Below the pieces are notes generated by a model that searched no databases, was not told the origin of the DNA, and saw only the letters and a list, made by a program, of their open reading frames with translations. Made by a program: the position numbers and the translations under genes. Of a DNA stretch of 64,000 nucleotides, positions 13,334 to 26,790 are shown in pieces. The DNA comes from Eledone cirrhosa (Eukaryota), in the NCBI GenBank assembly GCA_964016885.1, contig OZ024744.1:74028001-74092000 (forward strand), read 5' to 3'. Each line of letters begins with the position of its first letter. Within the stretch, counting starts at the first letter, position 1.

Positions 13334-13334
<1 letters not shown>
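13161..13334 (-). mobile_element. pLTR-like fragment with degenerate long-stem-II HHR
   Basis: Minus strand CTGACAA...about 90 nt...GAAACGATCGTA (same stem III as the 9829 HHR); bounded by (TA)n; stem I poor. Confidence 0.45.
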
Positions 13335-13379
<45 letters not shown>

Positions 13380-13729
13380 GTGAATCTATATATATATATA
13401 CACATATATACCTATATATATACATACATATATAGTTACATATGTATACACGCATATACCTATATGCATATATGAATTTAAGTTATATTATATGGACAGA
13501 TTTTGTTTTGCATATGATACAGATTTAACTCACATATAACCAAACAAACACACTCACGCACACACACACACACACACACGCGCACACACGCACACACGCA
13601 CACACACACATATATACTTATATGTATATATGTATATATATATATATATTTATATAAATACATATATATATACATATCAATATATACACATATACATATA
13701 TATATATATATATATAATGTATATATATA

Positions 13730-13795
<66 letters not shown>

Positions 13796-14007
13796 TGTTG
13801 ATACAACAATGCAAAATTCATTTGGAGATTCGGCGAAATGCCAGGCAAGTTTTGGACAACTAGCAAATTGGCAAAGAAGGAAAGGGGAATTATTAAATTG
13901 GTTGCGACAGTCTAGAGTAGCTGCAACTTGGCAAAGGTTATCATGTAGTTTCATTATATTATAATCTCTTATCCTTCTGAATGGTGTAGTAACTAGTATA
14001 GTTTAGG

Positions 14008-14095
<88 letters not shown>

Positions 14096-14166
14096 ATTCT
14101 CCTTGTGGCTAATAAAGAAACATATCTATGTAATTGTCTCTCTGTCTCTGTATCTGTCTGTCTGTA

Positions 14167-14227
<61 letters not shown>

Positions 14228-14284
14228 ATATATATATATATATATATACAAACATACACACATATATCTATACATATATACACA

Positions 14285-14345
<61 letters not shown>
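14008..14345. repeat. (TCTA)n, (CT)n and (TA)n microsatellite cluster
   Basis: Directly visible. Confidence 0.95.
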
Positions 14346-14347
<2 letters not shown>

Positions 14348-14351
<4 letters not shown>

Positions 14352-14544
14352 GGAACCAGTAAGACCCCGACAGCTGAGCTCAAGCCGTTTCGACGGCTAA
14401 TTCTGGACTCGAATTAGCCGTCGAAACGGCTTGAGCTCAGCTGTCGGGGTCTTACTGGTTCCTATTACCCACTCTACTACCTCAAGTATTGAGTACTTTG
14501 GTGCGTTATGGTCCACCTCGTTCCTTACCACATTTCCTTCGTTA
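14348..14544 (+). mobile_element. Fold-back HHR-remnant element (family P), copy 1
   Basis: Perfect 56-bp inverted repeat (14348-14403 / 14411-14466) containing GAAA-cggcttgagctcagctg-TC (HHR 3' half), then a unique tail into (TA)n. Confidence 0.88.
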
Positions 14545-15411
14545 TATATATATGTATATATATATATCTATATATGTGCGTGTGTGTCTGTGTGTGTGTT
14601 TGTAATGCAATATTCAGTTCTTATAGCACATGCAATATTCTCTCTTTTTCTCTAAGTAGGTAACACATCTAATACATTGACCTGGAAGTACTTTGGTTGA
14701 ATATTTAAGAATTCCGCTTACCAAGTATTATGTCCCAGGTTCGCATCTTGGAGTGTTTCATTTATCGTAACCTCTCGTTGACCCAATCCTTGTGATTGAG
14801 GTAGAGGAAAACCGTTTGAGGGCCTGTCAGATGGACTGTAAATGTAATTCAAAGGGCTAGCTTTGTCAAACAGCGTCACAACAAATCTACCAGCAATTTC
14901 GATAAGGTTACATGTTAATTTCACTGGCAGGCTTTACCATTGATCGGACAACTAAAATTCTCATCTTCGTATCCGACTGTGATATATACGTTGGCTCCAT
15001 ACTATTTATTGTACAGAAATAAAATTATCAGCAACTCCAACAACATACAAATATAATCAAATAACAAGTTTCTCATATTCACAACTGTTAATTAAATTTA
15101 AATGTTAATATTTCCATAATGTAACGGTCAATCTCATTAAAAATAGTTTTTAATATTTTTCGTTTGTTAGACAAAATAATATGGGAGCGAGAGAAGAGGA
15201 AATCAGTTGAAAGTATCTGATTGGAGGTGTCTCGAGATATGTTACCTGCATAGAGCATATGCTTTGTAATTGCAGTAAAGAACAGTAAAAAAGCAGAGAA
15301 CGAGAGAGAAAAAGTATGGAAAGAAAGCGTTTGTAGACCAGAGGTCGGTGTGATATTTGCTGAGAGATTTCTTTCCAATTAGTCAATTGCATGAATACAA
15401 ATCTGTGAAAA

Positions 15412-15413
<2 letters not shown>

Positions 15414-15466
<53 letters not shown>

Positions 15467-15945
15467 GATCTTCTTCTTCTTCTTCTTCTTCTTCTTCTTC
15501 TTCTTCTTCTTCTTCTTCTTCTTCTTCTTCTTCTTCTTCTTCTTCTTCTTCTTCTTCTTCTTCTTCTTCTTCTTCTTCTTCTTCTTCGTTTTTTATTTTC
15601 CTGTCAGAAACAACCGTCTCCAACTGGATCCTCAAATGAGACAAAGCATCCTCATGGATGATACCAAACAACTTACTCAGGGGTCTACCCCTGGGTGTCC
15701 TGCCAACTAGTTTTACCCGTAAAATCTGTCTAGTGATTCTCTCCAGAGACATTCTAACTACATGTCCATAATATCGGAGATGTGATCTCTTAATTCGGAG
15801 AAGTAGTGGCTCTACCTGGAGTGACTCTCTGATCTCCGAGCTACGCACTCTATCGAAAAACGTTACTCCAAAGATCCTTCGGGTGAACTCCATTTCGGCC
15901 ACTTGTATTCTCGATCGTATTCTTTCGGTCATTACCCAATATTTA
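15414..15945 (-). mobile_element. RTE (Expander/Rex3-like) 3' fragment with (GAA)n/(CAA)n tail
   Basis: WVMTERIRSRIQVAEMEFTRRIFGVTFFDRVRSSEIRESLQVEPLLLRI..YYGHVVRM..RPRGRP-like C-terminus; related copies at 54110 and 56480. Confidence 0.85.
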
Positions 15946-16059
15946 TGATGATAAGAGTTGGCACGTATACTGAAATGAAGAGAACGGATTTGGCTTTTAT
16001 AATAGAGAACCACTTCATAATCTCTCAAATACAAACCAAAATAAAACATAAATAGCAAT

Positions 16060-17158
16060 TGGTAACAACAAAAGAAATCATACAAAAATTAGAAAATGAC
16101 TTTACTGAGTCAAATAAAATTATTTACACATCTGCTATTGAAACAAAATGTATGTCTCCGAAAAAAACGAAGAAAGCCAAACATAACAGGAAAGTTAGTG
16201 GAAAGCTAAAATTGAAACAAAAGATTGCTTTAATGAATTAATTTCTGGAAATAATTTAAGATCAAGAAAAGGAAGAAAATTAAAGAGAAAATGTGAATAT
16301 TTATCAAATTAAGAGAAGAGCTGAAATCAACGAAGGAAATACTGAAACAAAAAGTCCAATTAAAAGCTCAAAAATTACTAAGATATAAGAAAAGAAACAA
16401 TTTTTACAAGCCAAATAAGTTGTTCACATCCAATACCAAATTATTTTACAAAGAAATAGGGAAGGAGAAAATAACCATTGAAGCCCCCACCCCCTCCTTC
16501 CATAGAATAAATTGAAAATTTTAAGAGAAAGATTTGGAGTAATGAGAAGACATACAATGAAAATGTAGATTGGATTAGACACACTGAAGAAACCTTCAAA
16601 AATTTGCAAGAACAGGCATAGGAAGACATATCAATAGCAGATCTAAGGATGGCACTCACAAAGACTCCTAAGTAGAAATCTACTGGTAAAGATAGGGTGT
16701 CAAATTTCTGGCTCTCATCACTCTCGTTCACATACAAAAAGTTAGTCCTGTTGAAATTATGAAAGATCCTGAAAATAGACCTGATTGGATAGCCAACGGT
16801 ATTACTTTCTACCAAAGAATCATGAAAGCAAATGTCTACAAAGACTATTGGCCTATAATCTGTTTATACACCACTTATAAAGTTTTAACATCTATTCGCA
16901 TGCATTTATGGAGAAGAACAACATTTTTAATACAAACAATAGGAACAATAGTTCCATGTAACATGTATTAATAACAAAACGGCTTTTGACAGCATACCAC
17001 ATTCATGGATTCTGAAATGACTGGACATCTTCAAAATGCCTCCCGTGATTTGAAACTTTCTGAAATATATGTTATCGTGGAACACGAATCTCCAATTATA
17101 TTATTCCAATGGATTACTAAATTGAAACAAAATTAACATCAACTGCGAAATTCTCTAA
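16060..17158 (+). pseudogene. Decayed R4/Dong-like non-LTR retrotransposon RT fragment
   Basis: PDWIANGITF, DYWPIICLYTTYKVLTSI, AFDSIPHSWILK motifs. Confidence 0.7.
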
Positions 17159-17164
17159 TGTTGT

Positions 17165-17490
17165 GGAAGCCTTTTACAATTTTCTCCAAGCAGTCTTCTC
17201 CTCCGCTACTCTGTTCGCCTCGCAGTGACTCCTGTCGGTTCATGTACAGATGTGACTAATCCAGCACCTTTTTTGTCCGCCTTCTTCTCATGAATTACAC
17301 TGCACACCGGTCTCGAATTCTTAAAGTGACTCACACATGTCCAAAATACTTCAGCTTACGATCTTGCGCTTTCTTTAGCAGGGATTTCTAGGCTGCACCA
17401 GTTATTTTCCTCCATTTGTTTCCGAATTATCTCGAACAATTTTTGATAGCATTTTATCTGAAATGCATTGAATCTCCGGATTCCACACAT
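17165..17490 (-). pseudogene. Decayed RTE 3' fragment
   Basis: Minus strand RFNAFQIKCYQKL...RKLKYFGHV. Confidence 0.6.
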
Positions 17491-19057
17491 TTCCACCTAA
17501 AAGTAATATAAACACAGCAAGCAAACAAACCTGCAGAAGAGCAGAGCTGATATTTGAGTTAATAGTCAAACAAAGCATATTAGTTCTTAATGATAAACAG
17601 AAAATAGAGTAAGTACATCACAATATCCCATTGAATATCCTTTTAAATATTTCAAGTTTGTGTTTTATATCGGTATACTACTATGTCATATTTTAGTCTA
17701 GAAATAATACCGAGGATATAATTACGATTTCAATACTTGCAACAGCTGTTTCAGTTGTTGATGTAAATTCAAGTCTACCGTTCCTATATTTGTACAATAC
17801 ATATGATGGTTTTCGACTTTGTTATGCATATGAAATTTCACTCACAAACTTAGGTCAACTCATGTCCCTTGTAGAGTTATCTTGTCTAATATTCCACACA
17901 GTAGAATCAAAACTGCAGCCACGTGGTCAGGAATAGAATGTCTTAAACACACGGCTATTGACTTAAGTAAAGTGCTATGTATTTCTATTATTTGAGGGAT
18001 GATATCAATATTGATCTCGGTGTAATTTGAATTCGGGTTGTAAAAGCTTGATCTTTATTTCTGATTTTCAGAAATATTGGCTTGCGCTCTAGGAAGTAGA
18101 AATAGATTTCTGGTGGTTGGAGATATAAAGATAAAAATCGACTTCTATGAAATAGTGACACTTTTAATTGACACTTTGTTTCACCAACCCGGTGAAATTT
18201 GAACTTGTTTTTGTTATAAATACGAATCTAAAACATACATGACATTTTGACCGGTGTATAAGATATAGATCCTTGTAGAAATCACAGCAAACAATTTCTG
18301 CTTACGCTTGCCAAGACGAGGAATAGTTTATCAGAAAATTGTCTAGCTTTGAAATCACTCCTAGGATTAATAAAGCTACAAACACTCTTAAGATTCATTA
18401 AGTGGAGTTTGGCAGCAACACAAATTAAATTAAAAAGAAAAGAAAGAACATGTATTTCCACAGCATTTCTGTTTACTTTCGTTTTTCGTAAATGCCAAAT
18501 TTTAATGACTTGCAAGCAATGAATACAGGAAATGACGTTTTTCATCAGTAGCGATGATAGATGAATAGACGGTTGGTGTAATGAACATTTAGATGTAAAT
18601 AATACGGAAATGTACTTCAGTTTATGATGAATCTAATGGTCAAGAGGATTGTTCACATTTCTGAAATTTTTATTTTATTTTATTTTACATAATTTTAAAA
18701 TTGTAAACAGAGAAACAAAACAGACAGACAAACAAACAAACAAACAGACAAACAAAAAGAAGCTAATATATGATAAAGCATTTTAAAGCTTGATTGAGTG
18801 TGTTTCAGAATTGCAATCAGAGAGAACACTCAATCTGAATTGGACATTGCACGGGTTAGACAAGCAAGGGAAGTACGAATATAGAAGAGGAAAAAAGTGT
18901 GAATTAAAAAGAAAATGAAAAAAAAAGAAACGAATGAGAAAAATAATAATAAAATCTATTAAGAAAGAAACAAATGACACAAAGGAAGGAAGTTGTGGAT
19001 ACAAATATAAACAAAGGGACAGGGTTATAATGAGACGTGTATATATTGATATCTGAA

Positions 19058-19198
19058 GTGGTGATGGTGGTGATGGTGGTAGTGGTGGTGGTGGTGGTGG
19101 TGGTGGTAGTAGTGGTGGTGATGTTGGTGGTGGTGATGGTGCTGGTGGTGCTGGTGGTGCTGGGTTTGGTGGTGGTAGTGGTGGTAGCGATTGTGGTG
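19058..19198. repeat. (GGT)n microsatellite
   Basis: Directly visible. Confidence 0.9.
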
Positions 19199-19339
19199 TT
19201 TAGTTCCAGGTTACCTCTGACGGCAAGGTGTGATATGAGAGTGATATTACAACCCCTGTCAGAGAAAAACAGATTTTATAACAGGCGTATATGGCTGGCC
19301 TAGGATCAAAGCATGATTAGTTTGTTTGTTTTTTTCACG

Positions 19340-19860
19340 AATTAAACACCAACCAAAATACATGTTAAGAAATGAATCTGTCGGATTAACATACATTTTT
19401 AATGTTTTCGTTTTAGGGGGTTGTATTTTGCAGTCTAATGTGCTGTAATGACACCGTGTTGCAAATGCATGGTCAAACAACGAGAAAGTGTAGTAAATGT
19501 GTGTCTAATATAACAATTTCAGTAATGACATTTAGAGCGCTGACGTTGTTTAATTGCTCAAATTAACAATTTGAAGTATATTATATCCATTGCAGACTTG
19601 TGGTTTCTTATTTATGAGGTTTTAAACTCTGGTGGTTGTTTTTTTAATATAATCTTGCCGCTATTATATGGTTATGTGAGATACGTATGTTCTGTTTTGA
19701 TGAGTGTTTTTATGATACCAGGTTCTATTCTATAACGAAGGTACTTCTTTAATGCACTAAAGGTTTGTGTGGCTTTACTGAGTGTTGGTTGTGTTTGATG
19801 GGGAGGGGTGAGCTGGTACATGAATCGTTCTAACATATGCTCTATTAATGTGTTCAAGGA
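19340..19860 (-). pseudogene. Decayed PLE GIY-YIG region
   Basis: Minus strand YIRHTFTTLSRCLTMHLQHGVITAH matches the YIGxTxTTLSRRLTMH motif. Confidence 0.6.
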
Positions 19861-20010
19861 TCTATTAATAAAGAAAATTTAAGTAATTTTTATGAGAGAG
19901 GGTTCATAACTGAAGAAGGTTAGTCAATGAAGCATTCAATTAATTTAAGTATCAGACAGCCAGAGGACAATCTATCAGTCAAACTGTCAGTCAATCAGTA
20001 TATATATATA

Positions 20011-20048
<38 letters not shown>

Positions 20049-20387
20049 TGTGTGTGTGTGTGTATGGACACGTCGTATTTCTAAAGAAATACGGTTTTAG
20101 GAAGCCGAAGCTATGCAAACACCGGCGCTAAAGCCCTCTGGTGGTGTCCAGCAGAAGCAAGGGGGAGCACCGTCTATGCATTCAGGCTTCACTGGCTTTA
20201 GTCAGGACGATCCCTCCCACCGCTTGCTACTTTTGGACTTAGAAACAGCCGAGAATATATAGTTTTCTCGTCTGTGTAAATGAGGTGATTAATCTCATTT
20301 GCATATGAAGCTGTATAAGTTGGCTCAACTTGAAGCGAAATCTTATTTCTTTTCTATTATAAGTTGAGCCAACTTATGCAGCATCAT

Positions 20388-20437
20388 ATGCAAATGAGAT
20401 TAATCACCTCATTTACACAGACGAGAAAACTATATAT
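20388..20437 (+). promoter_or_regulatory. Octamer - PSE-like - TATA cassette (putative snRNA/type-3 Pol III-like promoter)
   Basis: ATGCAAAT at 20388, TCACCTCATTTAC at +9, TATATAT 35 bp after the octamer; same spacing in other families. Confidence 0.55.
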
Positions 20438-20480
20438 TCTCGGCTGTTTTCAAGCCCAGCAGTAGCAAGCGGTGGGAGGG

Positions 20481-20524
20481 ACCGCCCTGACGAAGGCCAG
20501 TCAAGCCTGAAATGCATAGACGGT
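20481..20524 (+). ncRNA. Type I hammerhead ribozyme (minimal, palindromic stem III)
   Basis: accgcc-CTGACGA-aggc cagtcaa gcct-GAAA-tgca-TA-gacggt; stem I extends (ccagcag..agcaag / cttgct..ctgctgg); copies at 30608-30651 and 30931-30974. Confidence 0.9.
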
Positions 20525-20674
20525 TGTCCTCCTTGCTTCTGCTGGACACCACCACAGGGCGTTAGCCTCACTGTTTGCATAGCTATGGCTTCCTAAAACT
20601 GTATTTCTTTAGAAATACAACATTTCTATACATATTTGTATAAAGCTATGCTTGAAGCGAAATCTTATTTCTTT

Positions 20675-20713
<39 letters not shown>

Positions 20714-20716
<3 letters not shown>

Positions 20717-21245
20717 ACTCCAGAGTGGGAGTGGTGAGGCAACCCGCAATGATGGTAGAACTCTATCTAGGATCCTCTTACTGATAGAGCCGATGTCTGA
20801 ACGAGTGGGGTTGATAAGTCTGACAGATAGTTTGTTGAGGAAGTTTCACTTATGGTCCTTCAGGGTAAAGTGCGGGGTCTTTACCCTTAAAGGTTCGGTT
20901 CGATCATATAATTTAAGGGACTCGGCGATTTCTTTTCCGGCCGCGTTTGTCTCAGTCAATGCCATCTCTATTACCTTTTTGTAGGGGGTCGTGATGGCAT
21001 TTTTTGCCAGCTTATTGTAGGTCTGTGGGTCTACCTCATAAACGTTTTTTATTTTATCGAAGGAGACATGAAGATTAGGGGCTAATCTTCATGTCTCCCC
21101 CGATAAAACGTTTATGAGGTAGACCCACAGACCTACAATAAGCTGGAAAAAAATGCCATCACGACCCCCTACAAAAAGGTAATAAAGATGGCATTGACTG
21201 AGACAAACGCGGCCGGAAGAGAAATCGCCAAGTCCCTTAAATTAT
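20714..21245 (-). mobile_element. Internal PLE (Nematis-like) RT fragment with fold-back duplication, within (TA)n
   Basis: Minus strand LYDRTEPLRVKTPHFTLKDHK..VRLINPTRSDIGSISKRILDR..LPLWS; 20907-21078 mirrored at 21083-21245. Confidence 0.88.
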
Positions 21246-21325
21246 ATATATATTATATATATATGTATAATATATATATATACATATGGGGGGAGGTGCG
21301 TGTGTGTGTATGCGTATATATATAT

Positions 21326-21597
21326 ATTAAGAATATTTTCGAAACAGCGAGTGGGTCTGAAATTATTAGAAATGTAAGCTATCGCCGTATTTTGACTAAA
21401 GAAATTAAAGAAATTATTTAGCCTGATAGTGGGGTTAGGAACCCTTGGAGAAATGGAAAAAGATGAGTATTGACTCCCATGTACGTCAATACTCATCTTT
21501 TTCCATTTCTCCGAGGGTTCTTAACCCCACTATCAGGCTAAATAATTTCTTTAATTTCTTTAGTCAAAATACGGCGATAGCTTACATTTCTAATAAT
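21326..21597. repeat. Fold-back insert (about 113-bp arms) between TA tracts
   Basis: 21362-21474 is the reverse complement of 21485-21597. Confidence 0.85.
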
Positions 21598-21781
21598 TGT
21601 TTCTACTTCAGGCACAAGGCCAGCAAATACCCAGTGCATTACTGGTACTTTATTTTATCGACCCCGTAAGGATGAAAGGCAAAGTCAACCTCGGCGGGAT
21701 TTGAACTCAGATCGTAAAGGGACGTAACTATGCTGGAAAGCATGGCGTCCGACCCTCTACCGATACTGCCAATCCACCGCC
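21598..21781 (-). mobile_element. tRNA-derived SINE (family 1)
   Basis: Near-identical to 5234-5418; TSD cttacatttctaataat. Confidence 0.93.
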
Positions 21782-21822
21782 CTTACATTTCTAATAATAT
21801 ATATATATATATGTGTGTGTGT

Positions 21823-22622
<800 letters not shown>

Positions 22623-22628
22623 CTTTAT

Positions 22629-25600
22629 ACTTAACCACGTATATTTAATATGCACTGTGATGTAAAATTATTATTTTACCCGAATAGTGTATATAATGAA
22701 AACGTTGCCTTAATATTTGCCTCAGACGAGTCCCATTGGGCGAAACATGTGTAAGAGCTTTATAAAGATATGATTTAACGGCTTGTAACTCTTTCATTAA
22801 TTATTTTGCCTATAACCGCTCTGCTTATCCTGTACACCAAATATTAATTTTTTCTCTAATATTTAACCCTGATAACCCAAGCATCGAGCACTTAGGCACC
22901 CGCTCTTGGCATGTAATACTCTGTATCACACCTCTTTATACCTCTTCTTTCTATCCTCTTTTACGGTACTGCAACATTTCATTATCGCGCTCCTTTCAAT
23001 AGAGCCCAACTTACTACTTGCTATCATGTTGGAAAAACAACAGTCACCTATGTCTCTCAAATCTATACCTAGACCTAGCAGAAAAAAACTTACCTTAAAC
23101 AACTCATTGCCGCTACGAATTCGTTTATACGAAGGGTCAGATGGAAGGCCTACCATTTGGATAAGGATACTGATAATCTTCCAGCACCTAAAGAAAAATA
23201 CAGCTTTAAGACCTACCAGAACCCACTGCACAATACACTGTTGGACTCATTTGAGGAATATTTGCTCAAAATGATCAAAAATATCAAGTTTAAGATTAGA
23301 CGCAAATGCAGCAATACGTTCCTGACATCTCTGGACTCTCTCATCACTAAAATCAAGAACGATATAAACCTTTTCGTTGCCTCTGATAAAACTAAGAACT
23401 TGTGTAAGTTGGATGTAAGTAGATATAGGCAATTCATCTATAATGAATTAAACAAAAATTACATAAAAACTCCTATTAGCATTTTAAACGACATTAATAG
23501 ATTAAGCAAATACATTGTAACTAGCTTAGATATAGATAAATACACTAACCCTTATGTACGTATGACACCAATATTTTCTCTCAAGGATCACAAATATAAT
23601 TTTAACGAAAGCCCCTCTAATTAGATTAATATGCCCCTCCGCTTCAGATATAGGTAGAATTAGCAAAGTGATCCTTGATAGGATGATAACTGAACTTAAT
23701 AGTAGATAAACCTAAGGTCCGTCTCTGGAATAATACCGACCAGGTCATTAAATGGTTCACAGATCTACCTGATAAGGTATCTCTGAAATTTATCCAGTTC
23801 GACATAAACAATTACTACGCCTCTATTTCCCCTATACTCCTAAATAAGGCCCTCATTTTAGCTAGATCTAACACTAGTTTAACTAAAAAAGAAATATATA
23901 TAGTGCTTGCAGCGCGGAGAACCATTGCTCATTTCGAGGGCTCCTACTGGACCAGAACCAACCGTCCTGATAACTTTGATATCACGATGGGGTCAAGTGA
24001 CTCAGCGCAAGCAACTAACCTGGTCGGGATTTACCTCCTGCACATACGAGATCCTTGTGCTACAAGGAGGAGTGTTTAGGGGCGATGTCCTATTCACTGT
24101 AAAGAACCATAGCCCCCGTAGAACAGAAAACCTTAATAAACATATACAGAAGTTCTTTAAATCATACGGACTCTCTGTTACTATCGACCACAACCATAAT
24201 ATAGTTAATTTCTTAGATGTTACGTTAGAATTAGGTTCCGGAGCTTATACAGACCATACCACAAGCCTGGTGAGGTCCTTTCCTACATAAACTATGCTTC
24301 TAACCACCTTAAATCTAGGCTCAACTCTATTGTGTATAGCATCTCACATAGAATCTCGAGGTTTTCTGCTAATGAAGACATCTTCAAACAAACTGCTGAT
24401 TATTATAACAAGGCATTGGCTGAATCAGGTTATAACAGCAACATTTCATACCTCCACGACGCAGGCTCTATAAAGCCCCCCTCTTGTAGGACCAGTGTTA
24501 TAGCGAGCCATACCTATAAGCAACGCCACCGCGGCCATACAAGCGTATAAAGTATTAGAAGAGCTAATACTGCCATTAGCTACGGCCCGCATCAGAACCA
24601 TAAAGCTAGCGGGACGGGTATATTACCATACACACACCATCATGGTCTGGTTGATTATAGTAGTAACTGCAGCCTTCTGGAATTATTCACTGCTTACAAG
24701 CTTAATAAAGGTGACAGTTTATTACCTGCACCTTCTAGCCCGCCTTGGGTAACCCTAAACCGCCGCACTACGGGTGTCTGTGCACTCAGGCATAATGCCA
24801 ACAGTGCACACATTATACAGCAGCCCTATAGACCTGATAAGGACATCCACCAAGGTAATAACCCCCGTGGTAACCCCAGAACTACGCGTAATCGCCACCA
24901 TAAGGAGTATGGCCTCCAATTTACCCAGCATCTTTTTCGACGCCTTAGAGAAGAACTTTCCACCTAACAACAACTACAGAAAAATCCTCAATAAGAATAA
25001 CGTAAAAATCTCCTATTCCACTGCACCTAATCTAGCCGACCTCATAGAAATAAATAACCACAGCAAGCTCACTAGAATACAACATGCTAGTAATGAGAAT
25101 TTTAGGGAATATGACAACTCGGTTAACCTTAACAGTTCTCTGGCCCCGCATTATAACGATAGTAGTGACCAGAACAGGTATCTTAGTATTAGCAGTAGAT
25201 TACACAATAGCACCACGTTAGAAACTAACTGCTGCACCAGTAGTGTGACCGACGAGAAGGCTAGAAACCATAACAGCTCTAACAACGGCTGTAGAAGACA
25301 CTATAACACGAGAGGTGTGCGTGGCACCATTTCGCGTGTTTCTAGCTATAATAATGCCAACTACAAATATGGTAGCTATGGTGATGGTGTAAAATAATAA
25401 TAATACGATTAACACCAACACTCACAACCTTAGAGGTGACAACAAAAAACATTGCAATTGTCGTAAACCTGTGGACTATCGACTCCGAGGCTACTGCTTG
25501 ACTAGAAATGTTATCTATAGATGCACGGTTAATAGTCATGATAGTGTTAAGTCTTACATAGGAGCTACTTCTGGGGCGTTCAAGACAAGATTTCGGGCAC

Positions 25601-26572
25601 ATCTCCACTCTTTCAGGAATAGGAAGCTTAGATACTCTACCTCCCTCGCTAATTATATTACCCAATTAAATGACTCTAACATTAGCTACACCACTCATTG
25701 GGAAATTGCGAACCAAGCAAAACCATACAACTTTTAAAAAAGCTGCCAACTCTGCCTATTGGAACTGTATTATATAGTGCAAGCACCCCAAGAGCTAATA
25801 AATAGTCGTGCTGAAACTGTCATCATTTGCGGCCATCGACTACAACAATCTTTCTACAGATGGACCCCAACAACTGTATAACCACCATAACACCTGATGT
25901 TCTCAACACCACACCCTGTTCTGACTTACCGGCGGTAGACTTACCATTTAACAACGTGGAATAACACCATCACCCACCCTCTGTTCTCCCGCCAGGAAGC
26001 CGCACTGCGTATGTTCAGCCGGACCTACCCCGTTGGTCTTTTGGTAATCTTACAAAACTGCTGCCTATACCCAAGCAACTTCTTAGACAATCGATCATAT
26101 AAATATACAAATTATATCCAAACTGACTTTATTTTTCTATGCCTTCAAATTCGCACCTAACGTGCCCCTTGCTCTAGTTAAACCTGTGTGTGGTCTTTAA
26201 CGACTTTACCAATAGTATATCATTTTCTCACCTTAACACAGCCTCATTTACACCGAGTTAACCAACCCTGCTTATGTTAATTCCTAATAAATTTTTTACA
26301 TAGCTGGTACATGTCATTTGTTTGACAAGAAACTTTATACTAGCACCGGTAATTACCTACCTTAGCATACTAATATCTTCCCACTGTGTTTTAAACTTAA
26401 CCACGTATATTTAATATGCACAGTGATGTAAAAGTATTATTTTACCCCAATAGGGTATATAATTAAAACTTTGCCTTAATATCTGCCTCAGACGAGCCCC
26501 ATTGGTCGAAACATGTGTAAGAGCTTTATAAAGATATGTTTTACCGGCTTTCTTTCATTGATTATTTTGCCT
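22629..26572 (+). mobile_element. Near full-length Penelope-like element (Nematis-like) with direct pseudo-LTRs
   Basis: 22629-22812 repeated at 26395-26572; decayed RT/GIY-YIG ORF between them; HHR-like core CAGACGAG-tccc att ggg-CGAAAC-atgt-GTA in both pLTRs; 3' end in (TA)n. Confidence 0.92.
23025..25880 (+). pseudogene. PLE RT plus GIY-YIG (frameshifted)
   Basis: KYSFKT, VASDKTKNL, FSLKDHK, QFDINNYYASI, MGSSDSAQ, VNFLDVTL, NFPPNNNYRKILNKNNVKISYS, CNCRKP..GYCL..VIYRC..YIGATSGAFKTRFRAHLHSF. Confidence 0.92.
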
Positions 26573-26592
26573 ATATATATATATATATATAT

Positions 26593-26785
26593 ATAGGAAA
26601 ATGTATATGACCCGACGGCGGAGCTCAAGCCGTTTAGACGATTATTTCCAGAAATAGCCGTCGAAATGGCTTGAGCTCTGCCGTCGGGGTCATACATTTT
26701 CCTATTACCCACTCTACTACCCTAAGTATTGAGTACTCTGGTGCGTTATGGTCCATCTGGTTCCTTACCACAACTCCTTCGTTAT
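26593..26785 (+). mobile_element. Fold-back HHR-remnant element (family P), copy 2
   Basis: Same architecture and tail as 14348-14544; flanked by (TA)n. Confidence 0.88.
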
Positions 26786-26790
26786 ATATA

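Larger units (their letters stand above)
20073..20675. mobile_element. Retrozyme-like family A (monomer about 325 bp), inverted plus partial tandem copy
   Basis: 20073-20331 inverted relative to 20361-20620; cttgaagcgaaatcttatttctttt repeated at 20329 and 20651; HHR in both arms; second locus at 30113-31050. Confidence 0.9.

Noticed and set aside
14348-14466. Palindromes as MITE TIRs, terminators or CRISPR repeats
   Set aside because: The arms are adjacent with a one-sided tail, differ between copies while matching within a copy, and have no spacer array; the context is eukaryotic.
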